From Elusimicrobiota bacterium (GTDB lineage: Bacteria > Elusimicrobiota > Elusimicrobia > UBA1565), in NCBI GenBank assembly GCA_041603335.1, contig JBFIEP010000001.1, forward strand, positions 1-25,005: 25,005 nucleotides of DNA, given 5' to 3'. This document shows, piece after piece, positions 9,349 to 18,400 of the stretch; the first letter of the stretch is position 1, and each line of letters begins with the position of its first letter. The notes beneath the pieces are model-generated. The model did no database searches, was not told where the DNA came from, and saw nothing but the letters and a program-made list of their open reading frames with translations. The position numbers and the translations under genes were made by a program.

Positions 9349-12056
9349 CCACGAATATAATGACCCGGGTCTTCCTCGCGATCGCACTCGCCGTGAACGC
9401 CGCCTCCCCGGCCTTCGCCCGCACCCTGACCTCCGTTAAAGTTGCGCCAAGCCTCTCTCCTGTCGCTGGACCGACCGCGATTATGGGAAGCAATGGCGTG
9501 CAGGGCCAATCGCTTAGTCTCTCGGCCCCAACGCTTGGAACATCGCTTCCAACACTTGCACCGGCACTGATGCCCAATACAGTCAATGCCGCCGTTTCAG
9601 AAGCCGCTGCTCCGGTTTCACGCAAATTTGTTCCCACGGCCAGCGGATCCGGCCAAGCACGCGTGATCGAGGCTGCGCCGAAGGCGGCGATTAACGCCGT
9701 ATCTCCCGCTAAGGGCTCGACGTTTAAACAAGCTGCGGCGAAGAGTGAAACGGTGGAGCATACCGTCGGTACAGTATTTTCAGGCCGCGCCGCGAAAATT
9801 ACCGGGCGCGTCCTCAACACGCTCTTTGATTTCAGCGGAGCCAAGAGCGCGCTCAACGGCGCAGATCTCTCTGACAATGCCGTCGACGCGGATGTCGACG
9901 CCAAAGTAAAAGCCGACGCGGAAGAAGATCTATCAATCGTTCCTGAAGATGAAGACGCCGCCTTGGATCTCTGGTTTGGTAAGACAAACCAAGGGAAACT
10001 CTTTGATTCCAAGATTTCGGCCTCCATCCGCCCGATCAACAACAAGGGAAGCGAACGGTTCTGGGGCCAGTATCAGAGGAAAATTCCTATCCGCATCATC
10101 GCCGGCGGAAAGGTTCAGTTCATCACGCGCATCGTCAAATCCTACACCCGAAAAATCAAGGACCTTACTTTAGAGGATTATAAAGCGTATTACGGCTCAC
10201 GCATCGCCGCAAAGAAGGGCGGCGAAACCGACGCGAAACAGCTCCAAAGACTCGAAAACAAGCTTCTCGCCGAAATTAAATGGAAGTCCGAACGGAAACT
10301 CAACGCACCGAAGGTCATCAGCAACGAGATGAAGGTTCGCGTTCTCAACTTCCTTCCTTATGATCAAGCCCGCGATCTCCCGGACAACGGCATTGAAAAG
10401 ACGCCGGCTGTTCGAGATCGCAAGGATCTCGAAATTCCGGCAAAGCTAAAAGACCTCCACCGCCTTTTACCAAGACTCGTCGTCTTCGATCTCCGCCTTT
10501 ACGGAGACCGCATTCCCTTTGATGTGCTCGAAGACATGGGGAAGCTTCAGAAAGCCGGAATGACCTTCGTCTTCCTTTCAGACAAAACACAAGAAGAAGT
10601 CGAGAAGATGATTCGCCGCGACACCCCGGCTCACCAGCAAAACGAAATCACACGCTGGAAATTACTGAGCCTCTCCAACGACGGAAACACCCTCTACGGC
10701 TTCTCGGGTTCTTTTGAGGAACTAAAAACCTCCAAGCAGTTCCAAGCCGACCAGCAGGAAATCATCAAGCGCGCCGCAGGAGCGACGGAAGGTGCGGTTG
10801 TCGTTACCGATCGCCGCTATATGCTTCAAATGCGCGGCAAGCGCGGCGTTAACCTGGATGAACTAAAAACCGCATTCGAGGCCCAACTAAAACGCTTCGG
10901 CATGCCCGAAGGCAGCTACTCGCTTTCCATCGGGGATAAAGAAGGAGCCCCCGTTGTTCAGGTTCGCCCTTCAACCCTAGCCAACTCAATGGAGCAGTTG
11001 ATCGCTGATCTGCAAGTCCACGAAGGCCTCTACCTGAATCAGGAGCATATCCTGACCGTTACAGACGATCCAGCGATCATGAAGGCACTTCCGGGTGCGA
11101 AGCATGCAGCGCCCGACATGCCCAAAGCCACCGACCGCTCCGACTACATTGAAACCGCATTGGCGGCGATGCTTGATACCTACCGCGTCAACAAGGTCGG
11201 GGACCTTGCGGCCTCGGCATCTTCGATGAAATCGTTCAAATACCGGCAACTCTACGGCGGCGGCGGCGGATTTGAATACCGCATCTATATGCTCATGGGA
11301 CACGTCGGGCACGCGGCGCTCGACTGGGCTGTCATGAAGTACAACGAAGACGGAAAACTCCCGCCCTTTGAAGACACCGTGAAGGTTGCCCGGGACATTT
11401 GGGTTCGCGAGCAAATCGATGTGACCAACAACATGCTTGAACGCGCTCGCGAAACGAACCTCGGGTACCGCGATGCGATGGAAGCGCGCATGTTCACCAT
11501 GTACGAAGAACTTCAACGAACGTTGGAGCTCTACCCGATCGCACTTGGAACCGAGCTTCCTAACTTGATGGTGGTCGACCGCTTCAACAAGGTCGGAGAG
11601 CCGACCCACCGCGACATCTTCCGCGGCCTGTTCGACTTGGTCGTCGCCAAAAAAGTGAAGGGCGGACTTGAAGTGTTTGTCACCGACTTTAAGACCGGTC
11701 AAACACCGGCGCTGCAGCACATGTCCAAGGATCTGCAGGTTTTGCTATACGACTTCTTCTCACGCAAGCTCTGGCCGACCATCAATGCGCCGTATTCATT
11801 GGCGCAACCGCTTGTGAAGGTCGTCAGCCGCGTCGTTGCCTTCATCTTCCCGCGCGGCATGCAGGGAAAGACAATCAACGAATTCGACCGCCTGACATTT
11901 GAGAAAACCATCAATCTCCTCATGCTCAAAATGCGTAAGCATAGCGGGAACCTTACCGAAGAGATGATGGAGAAAGAACGCCTGAAGGCGGAACGCGAAG
12001 CGCGCAAGGAACTCGCAGAAGCCAATAAAAACAAGAAAAAGTCCGATAAAAAATAA
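9345..12056 (+). CDS. P2: 903-aa leader-bearing protein with an ASCH/PUA-like domain, a degenerate HAD-like domain and a C-terminal RecB-family PD-(D/E)XK nuclease domain
   Basis: ATGA overlap with the P1 stop. Nuclease motifs SASS..SF, GHVGHAAL, E737, GLFD764L, TD781FK783TG and Q798VLLY802. HAD-like blocks PRLVVFDL, FVFLSDK and LSNDGN. Confidence 0.9.
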   Translation: MTTNIMTRVFLAIALAVNAASPAFARTLTSVKVAPSLSPVAGPTAIMGSNGVQGQSLSLSAPTLGTSLPTLAPALMPNTVNAAVSEAAAPVSRKFVPTASGSGQARVIEAAPKAAINAVSPAKGSTFKQAAAKSETVEHTVGTVFSGRAAKITGRVLNTLFDFSGAKSALNGADLSDNAVDADVDAKVKADAEEDLSIVPEDEDAALDLWFGKTNQGKLFDSKISASIRPINNKGSERFWGQYQRKIPIRIIAGGKVQFITRIVKSYTRKIKDLTLEDYKAYYGSRIAAKKGGETDAKQLQRLENKLLAEIKWKSERKLNAPKVISNEMKVRVLNFLPYDQARDLPDNGIEKTPAVRDRKDLEIPAKLKDLHRLLPRLVVFDLRLYGDRIPFDVLEDMGKLQKAGMTFVFLSDKTQEEVEKMIRRDTPAHQQNEITRWKLLSLSNDGNTLYGFSGSFEELKTSKQFQADQQEIIKRAAGATEGAVVVTDRRYMLQMRGKRGVNLDELKTAFEAQLKRFGMPEGSYSLSIGDKEGAPVVQVRPSTLANSMEQLIADLQVHEGLYLNQEHILTVTDDPAIMKALPGAKHAAPDMPKATDRSDYIETALAAMLDTYRVNKVGDLAASASSMKSFKYRQLYGGGGGFEYRIYMLMGHVGHAALDWAVMKYNEDGKLPPFEDTVKVARDIWVREQIDVTNNMLERARETNLGYRDAMEARMFTMYEELQRTLELYPIALGTELPNLMVVDRFNKVGEPTHRDIFRGLFDLVVAKKVKGGLEVFVTDFKTGQTPALQHMSKDLQVLLYDFFSRKLWPTINAPYSLAQPLVKVVSRVVAFIFPRGMQGKTINEFDRLTFEKTINLLMLKMRKHSGNLTEEMMEKERLKAEREARKELAEANKNKKKSDKK

Positions 12057-12081
12057 GTTTTTTAACTCCTTAAAAAGGAAG

Positions 12082-12109
12082 GGCCCCGCCGCGGCGGGGC
12101 CTTTTTTTT
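12082..12109 (+). terminator. Rho-independent terminator after the P1-P2 operon
   Basis: GGCCCCGCC / GGCGGGGCC GC-rich inverted repeat followed by T8 (12102-12109), 25 nt after the P2 stop; an A-rich run upstream may make it bidirectional. Confidence 0.92.
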
Positions 12110-12156
12110 GCCCCTCTGAAGACCCATAAATCCCTAGGCCTTAATCCTTGACACCT

Positions 12157-12172
12157 CAGGGCCTAGGACCCA
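12157..12172. promoter_or_regulatory. Candidate operator CAGGGCCTAGGACCCA upstream of P3
   Basis: 12/16 identical to 15382-15397; abuts the expected -35 position of the extended -10 at 12192-12200. Confidence 0.5.
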
Positions 12173-12191
12173 GAGTCTAAAGCCTGACCCC

Positions 12192-12200
12192 TGGTACAAT
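12192..12200 (+). promoter_or_regulatory. Extended -10 promoter TGgTACAAT for P3 (likely leaderless or near-leaderless transcript)
   Basis: TGn + TACAAT ends 8 nt before the ATG at 12209; no SD in between. Confidence 0.6.
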
Positions 12201-12208
12201 AGTTGTAT

Positions 12209-15200
12209 ATGGAAAAGAAGAAATCTATCCCGTCATCCTTTATCAAATCCCTTTCAATCTCTGTCGCTGCCGCCCTGATCGTCGCCTCGCCCGGTCCCTT
12301 TGCGACCCGTGCGTTTGCGAAGGTACTAGGGAAGGCTCCGACGAACATCTCTGTTGGCGTGACCCTTGGCCAGATCGGACTACCGGCTCTCGGCTCCCCT
12401 TCATTAACGAACGCAAACGCCACGCTTGCCGCGCCGCAGCTCGGAGCCAGCGTTCTTCCGACGCTTATTGCGCCGACATTCACCCAAAGCAAAACGGTCG
12501 CCCAGCAGGCGACCGTTTCTCGTTCCGCCGCGCCGGAAGCCGCAATCGCTGCCGAGCAGATAATTTCGATCGCTCCGACATCCGCACGCTCACTTGTTGT
12601 TGAAGAAACGGAAACCGCGAAGAAGGAACAGCCCACAACGCTTCAGGACCTGACAGCCGGCGTTGCGGAAATTAAACAAGCGAAGTCGCACTCCGGTGCC
12701 CGCGCAGCACTCACAAATCTTTTCACCGGCAGCCGCAAGACAGCGCGAACAGATACGGTTCTCGGCCGTATCGGACAACGCGCCAGTTCCCTTCTTTCGC
12801 CTGCGAAATCGCTTAACGCAGCCGATGAAAAATCGTCAAAGAAAACAACGGACGTTCCCGCGCCTCCGGCAGCCAATGACGACTTTCTCGATAAGCAGGC
12901 GACAAAGCAGGTCGCAAACCTCGTTGCTGAATACAAACGCATCGATGAAGCCGGACTGTGGGCCGACGCGAAAGAAACCGCGGTTTTCGTTAAAGAAATA
13001 ACCTGGTTCGCCGCCCGAGGGCGGGACAAGGACGGATCACCGGAACTCTCGATTCAAAAAATCGAGGAAGCACTCGCCGCAGAAGGCATCTCCAACACCG
13101 CCGCAGTGCGCAAACAGCTCATCGCTTTAAATGAGTCCACCCAATTAGGCCTCTCGGAACAAAAAGCCGCCGGCGGATCCTACCTCGCCGCAGAGGGCGT
13201 TGATGACGACGGCTTTACACCGATGCAGCGAAAAGGTCTTTTCGGAATGCTTTGGTCCCGCCCTTTTGGAATGCTCGGCTTCTCACTGAGCGCGATGGCC
13301 TATCCCTTGATGCTCATCGACACCGTTGGAAAATCAACGATGTATGAGCTCTTCTCCTTGGGCGGCATCATCTCCATTGGCGTCAATCTGCTTGTCGGAA
13401 AAGTCGGAGACCACCTTCCGCTTAAGAAATACATCGTTTTCAACGCCCTTCTCCGCTCGGCATTAAGCGCGGCCAACGCCGTTCTTTACACGATGGGCTT
13501 CCTCAATTTCTGGTCCCTGCTGTTTCTCACCGTCATCAACGCCTGGCAGTTCGCCAGCCTCTTCATTACCGATGACGCGATGATGGCCGAAATCGTAGGC
13601 CCCAACCGGAAGAAGATCTTTTCGACGTCCATCCTCATCCGGACGATGGGACTATTCGTCACGATCGGTTCCGGCATTTTCCTCGGAGAATTCATCGTTG
13701 ATGGATTAGGATTTGTAGCCACCTTCTCAATCGTTACGGTCGCCGCCGCCATCCCGGCCCTTATTCTCTGGGGAGCACTGCCCAACATCGGCGTAAAGGA
13801 TGGAAACGCGCCGCTTGGAACGGTTCTCGCGAAACTTCCGGGGATGGTTCTCGCCGCACCGGGCAAAGCTTTCAACGCCCTTAAAGGTCTGCCGTGGAAA
13901 AAATACGGGTCTTACGCCCTGACAGCCCTCAGCCTGGGTTCGACAGCGGCAGCCTTCTACTTCGGAACCCCGCTAGTGGGAACAGCCATTACAATGACCT
14001 ACGGCGTCATCGGCGGCGTTCTTGTCGCGGCGGCATCGTCTATCGGACTCGTTGCGGCCAACCGCCTCATGAAGGCGCACAAGGCCGAGCAGTCGGGAGA
14101 ACCGATCGAAGACAAAGAGGGCGACAACGTTCGCACCGTTCTCTTTAATACCGCGATCATCGGAGCAGCCCTCGCCGGCTACACCTTCATCTACCAGACG
14201 CCGTTCTGGTTTGTCGGCGGCGTAACCTACATGCTCACACGATCGGAAATCTTTAAGAAAGTCATCATGCGCCACGGCCTGCTAAAGATGGCGCTGCTCA
14301 TGGTTATCGCGACGACATTCGTAGAGGTCCCGCTTAGAAACGCCGTGCTGGGTGCACTCTCGGAAGAACTCGTCGGCGAAGCCGGCAAGGCTGCCTTCTA
14401 CGGAAAGCTGATCGCCGCGTTCACGCTCGGACAGCTCGTCACGGCGACGGGGAATCTTTCCCGGTCGCTGCAGATTGTGGTCAAAAAGCTCGGGTTCTTT
14501 AAACTAAAGAAACCGCTCTCCTTCAATCTATACCACACAACGCGCTGGCTCGGCGCCGCGGTACTCGCCGCGTGGGGACTCTACTTCATCGTTCCCGCCG
14601 GTTGGCTCGCCATGGCTGCCGCAGCGGTTCCGAATCTCACCGCCCAATTCGGATTTGAGGCCGGAATAAAACTCGGACTCATCGGGCCGTTGCTCGGAAT
14701 GTTTGCCGGTGCCATGACAGCACTCTGGGGCTACGCACGCCAAGACAAAGGCAAGAAATTCGGCTCAACACTTAAGACGGTGGGAACCATCGGGTTTGTC
14801 GCGGCCTTAACACTTCCGATTCTACCCGGACTCATCGCGGCTCTACCCGCAGGCGTCACAACGGCCCTGGGTCTGGCCATTGCCGGCGGAGCGTTCTACA
14901 AGTTCTACCAGCTCATCCATGACAACGCCAAAACAATTAAGCCGACCTCGTGGCTCCGCCTGGAAGCGGTGGGACTCGTCGCCATCGGTGTTCTTCCGCT
15001 CGTGACAGGGTTTAACCCGATTGCGCTGTACGCCAGCTTATTCCTATTCGGAATGACGCATACGCCGGCTAAGTACAATATTGGATCAGCCTACTCGGCT
15101 ACCGCTAAAGAAGTAGACGATAAGAACTACCAGTTCCTCAGCGCCATTAAGGGAACGTTTGTGGTCATGGCAGGGTCCATTGCCTACGCGATATACGGCC

Positions 15201-15367
15201 TGGCCAAGGATATACCCGAGATGCTCTGGGACAATCCGAACGCCTTCCCGTTCACCTGGCAGGTGCTCGCGGTCATTTACGGCGCCATTGCCGCCCTGTA
15301 TGTTTACAGCAGTTACCGGATGAATTTCGACAAGAAGAAAGCATCCGAAAAAAAGACGGAAAAATAA
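12209..15367 (+). CDS. P3: 1052-aa leader-bearing protein with a short helical domain and an expanded (~20 TM) MFS-type permease
   Basis: Start moved from TTG 12203 to ATG 12209 on promoter geometry. MFS motif-A-like G-KVGD-HLPLKK after TM2; many hydrophobic helices; collinear similarity to the P4 MFS region. Confidence 0.88.
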   Translation: MEKKKSIPSSFIKSLSISVAAALIVASPGPFATRAFAKVLGKAPTNISVGVTLGQIGLPALGSPSLTNANATLAAPQLGASVLPTLIAPTFTQSKTVAQQATVSRSAAPEAAIAAEQIISIAPTSARSLVVEETETAKKEQPTTLQDLTAGVAEIKQAKSHSGARAALTNLFTGSRKTARTDTVLGRIGQRASSLLSPAKSLNAADEKSSKKTTDVPAPPAANDDFLDKQATKQVANLVAEYKRIDEAGLWADAKETAVFVKEITWFAARGRDKDGSPELSIQKIEEALAAEGISNTAAVRKQLIALNESTQLGLSEQKAAGGSYLAAEGVDDDGFTPMQRKGLFGMLWSRPFGMLGFSLSAMAYPLMLIDTVGKSTMYELFSLGGIISIGVNLLVGKVGDHLPLKKYIVFNALLRSALSAANAVLYTMGFLNFWSLLFLTVINAWQFASLFITDDAMMAEIVGPNRKKIFSTSILIRTMGLFVTIGSGIFLGEFIVDGLGFVATFSIVTVAAAIPALILWGALPNIGVKDGNAPLGTVLAKLPGMVLAAPGKAFNALKGLPWKKYGSYALTALSLGSTAAAFYFGTPLVGTAITMTYGVIGGVLVAAASSIGLVAANRLMKAHKAEQSGEPIEDKEGDNVRTVLFNTAIIGAALAGYTFIYQTPFWFVGGVTYMLTRSEIFKKVIMRHGLLKMALLMVIATTFVEVPLRNAVLGALSEELVGEAGKAAFYGKLIAAFTLGQLVTATGNLSRSLQIVVKKLGFFKLKKPLSFNLYHTTRWLGAAVLAAWGLYFIVPAGWLAMAAAAVPNLTAQFGFEAGIKLGLIGPLLGMFAGAMTALWGYARQDKGKKFGSTLKTVGTIGFVAALTLPILPGLIAALPAGVTTALGLAIAGGAFYKFYQLIHDNAKTIKPTSWLRLEAVGLVAIGVLPLVTGFNPIALYASLFLFGMTHTPAKYNIGSAYSATAKEVDDKNYQFLSAIKGTFVVMAGSIAYAIYGLAKDIPEMLWDNPNAFPFTWQVLAVIYGAIAALYVYSSYRMNFDKKKASEKKTEK

Positions 15368-15381
15368 CGATTATTTATACC

Positions 15382-15397
15382 TAGGCCGTAGGTCCCA
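15382..15397. promoter_or_regulatory. Candidate operator TAGGCCGTAGGTCCCA upstream of P4
   Basis: Best-matching copy of the motif shared by four upstream regions. Confidence 0.55.
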
Positions 15398-15414
15398 ATA
15401 ACTCCTAGGCACAC

Positions 15415-15453
15415 AAACACCCTCTGGGCCCCTTATTGGCTCAGGGGGTGTTT
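15415..15453 (+). other. 16-bp RNA stem-loop in the P3-P4 intergenic region
   Basis: AAACACCCTCTGGGCC-(CCTTATT)-GGCTCAGGGGGTGTTT pairs without interruption, with two G-U pairs on the plus strand; it ends 24 nt before the AGGAGGT SD. Confidence 0.7.
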
Positions 15454-15489
15454 CGGGTTTTGAGACACAATTTAAATAGGAGGTGGTTG

Positions 15490-18400
15490 ATGTATATTAA
15501 TTCCAGAATCGCTGTCGGAGCAACCCGAATGATATCGGGACTGCTCGTTATTGCGATCTGGATTTCTTCAATTGGACCCGCCGCAGCCCAGGCTGCCGGT
15601 CCTGTCATAGGCAAAACCGCTGCGGGCGCCATCAAAGCTCCGGCCACGCTCGTCATCCCCTCCATTGCCGCTCCCATTCTCGGAAATACCGCCTCAAATT
15701 CAATTGTTCCTGGACTTGAATCAGGAGTACTTCCCACTTTAACTCCTACGATTCTCGCGACACCCGAAAAGGCCGCATCTGTTTCCGTTCAAAAATCCCC
15801 TATTGCAGAATCAATTGCTTCGGCAGAGACAAAGGCAGAGGAAGAAAAACCCGCCAAAACCGTTCGTGAACAAGTCGTAAAAGTCGCACAGCAACTCACC
15901 CAAACCAAGGGTTCATCCGCTCAAGCTAAAGTCCTAAACACTCTCTATCTTGGCGGACTTAATGCTGCGGACGAATCCAATAATGGCGTCGACGCCTCGG
16001 GAGGCACGCCCTCGAAAAATGTGCGCCTGCGCAAACAGGCGCTCGCGGAACTCGTCATTGCGGCAACCCAACCCAAAAGCACGCTCAAGAGCCGCAAGGC
16101 TGCAATTCGAGTTATCGCGAAGGTCCAAACCGAAGAAGCACGCGAAGCGCTGGAGCTCGTCGCGGACGCAAACCCCGAGGGAAACGCGCAGGACTATGAG
16201 ATCCACCGCGAAGCACTCAAAGCCCTTGATGCAAAATTCGGACTCCACAAATCCCTTCGCCCCATCTCAGAGTCGCACAAAAACGAGATTCTCGCACAAC
16301 TCGCCGCCGACAAACCCGAAATGGTCCTTACCGACTATGACCGCACCCTCGCGGAGACGAAGGTTGAAATTTCACCGGAGATGGCCGAGGCGGTAGCATC
16401 TGTCCCTAACGCGGGCGTGGAAATTGCAATCCTAACCGACCGACCCGCGCAGCCGCGCTTTGAAGGCGACATCACCATCTTTCAATCACTCGAATCAATG
16501 ACGCCCGCTCAAAAGAGCAAGCTCACCGTACTCTCCGATATCGGGTCAAAAACGTCCCTTTTTAACAAAAACGGCTCACCCCAATTGATCGGTGAAGTAA
16601 GGACCGAATTAACCGCTCAACAGCGGGAGGTGCTCGGCAAGGCTTCAAAGGCGCTTCAGGAGCGGTTCGGGGACCAGGACTTTCTTGGCAACACGGAAGT
16701 CTATGAAGCCGATTCCTACGAACGCTTTCTCCCCAAATCCCTAAGCGATGCGGAAATTGCGGAAGCCGGATTGCTGGTAGAAACCATCCTCAAGGCGGAC
16801 GGTGTTCTCGACGCTCATATCGTCTCCCGCCGGCCGCTGGGAAAAGGGGACGTTCCCTACGTTCGCGTTAACATCGTTGATAAATCCGCTTCCGCAGCCC
16901 GTATCCGCAAGGATGTCCGCTTTCTGGAACGGGCCCGCGACGTCATCCGCTTCGGCGGCGGGACACGCGCGCTGAAGTTCGCTAAGAAAATTTTCTCCCG
17001 TTTCCCCCGGCGGCCTGTGACCGCGAGAAAAACCGTCGTTATCGGCGACAGCTTTATGCCCGAAGTCGTCGCTCCGGGATCTGACGCCCTGATGGCAAAA
17101 GGCGCCCCCGAAGCTCTGTCCTTCGCCGTCGCGGGAGTCGCGAGCCCCCGCGTCAACAACGTGTTCGTTTGGCCCACCATGGGGGAAACCGCTTCGCTAG
17201 AAATTCTCGGGGCCATCGGAACGAAAGCCGTAAGCGATGTCGATAAAAAAGGCGTCGCGGGTCTCTTCGCGCAGCGAACGATTGCGATCACAACCTTTAT
17301 TCTCACAACAATTGCGTTTACAGCCATCGCGGTTCCCGCCATCGGGTGGGTCGGCTACGGAACGGTCATGGCCGTGGGTGCGTTAGCCCCCATTGCCGTG
17401 GGTCCTCTTAACGGCTGGATCGTCGATAAGCTCTCAGCCCGCAATTCGATGATGATGAATCAAACCGCACGCGTACTCCTGGACTTCCTTCCCCCCGCGC
17501 TCGTCTTGCTGGGAATGGTGAATACGCCGATGCTTATCGTCGCGGCGATCGCGAACTTCTGGGTTCTTTCCTCGGTCATGACGACCGAGGGCGCCTACAT
17601 TAAACGCCTCGCCGGGAAAAAATACGTGGGTCCGATTAACAGCCTGCTTTGGATGAACTACCTGGTCGTTCAGGTTGTCCTGGCTCTCATCCTTGGGTTC
17701 GGAGCGGTCGTTGGAATCGTGGGGCCTATCAATGCCTACTTCATCGCCGCCGCCATCAACGCCTTTATTATTATGCCGATCGTCTGGGTTACGATGCCGA
17801 ACGCAAAACCGATCCCAAAAACATTGTTGGGCATAGAATCGGAAATGCAAGGACTGAAAGACGGCCCTCGCCTTAAAAATCTCGAGAAAGCCCTGAATGA
17901 AAGAGAGTCGGCTTTAAACAAAGAAGTCGACCAATTTGAACTTGCCCTCGCCGATCTTGAGAATAATAAATCCCCCGATGTTGAGACAGAGCTTCGCGTA
18001 ACCCGTGAAGACCTTGCCGCGATGCGCGCGGAGCTCGCCCGAACACCGGCACCTTCCTTCACTCTCGCCCAGCGAAAGACAAATCTCAAAATCAAAATCG
18101 CAGCCGGACTAAAGCAATACGGCATTGGATTCGGACTGCTCGGGGCATCAGTCCTTAGCTACATTTTCCTATGGGCCTCCCCGGTTCCCATTGCGATCGC
18201 GTTGGGCTATCTTGTTTTACGCACCGACGGCGCAAAACTGCTGTGGTCCGGTCGCGGACGCGATATCAGCAAACAGGAATCCCAACTCGTTGAAACGATA
18301 CGCGCGCTGGAAGCGGAAGGCAAAACGGATTCGAAAGAACTAAAAGAGGCTAAGTCGGAACTCACCCGCTGGAAAAAATCTCCCCGCATCGCGATGCTCT

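Noticed and set aside
11256-11270. GGC trinucleotide run in P2
   Set aside because: Encodes a Gly5 linker; too short to suggest phase variation.
9239-11720. Minus-strand ORFs 9239..10045 (268 aa) and 10986..11720 (244 aa), and likewise 6307..6918
   Set aside because: Fully antisense to P1/P2; typical of GC-rich codon bias; no family motifs. Not evidence for an antisense immunity gene.
11200-11900. P2 nuclease as Cas4 or AddB
   Set aside because: No Fe-S cysteines, no cas genes or repeat-spacer array, and no helicase domain or partner; treated only as a RecB-family PD-(D/E)XK fold.
12148-12153. Consensus TTGACA upstream of P3
   Set aside because: No -10 at 16-18 nt spacing; the good -10 is 41 nt away, so it is not paired as a promoter.
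15436-15489. ORF-track 5' extensions of P4 (also M28 24904-24966 and TTG starts at 12203, 19688, 22766)
   Set aside because: Downstream ATGs fit the SD or promoter geometry and give cleaner signal peptides.
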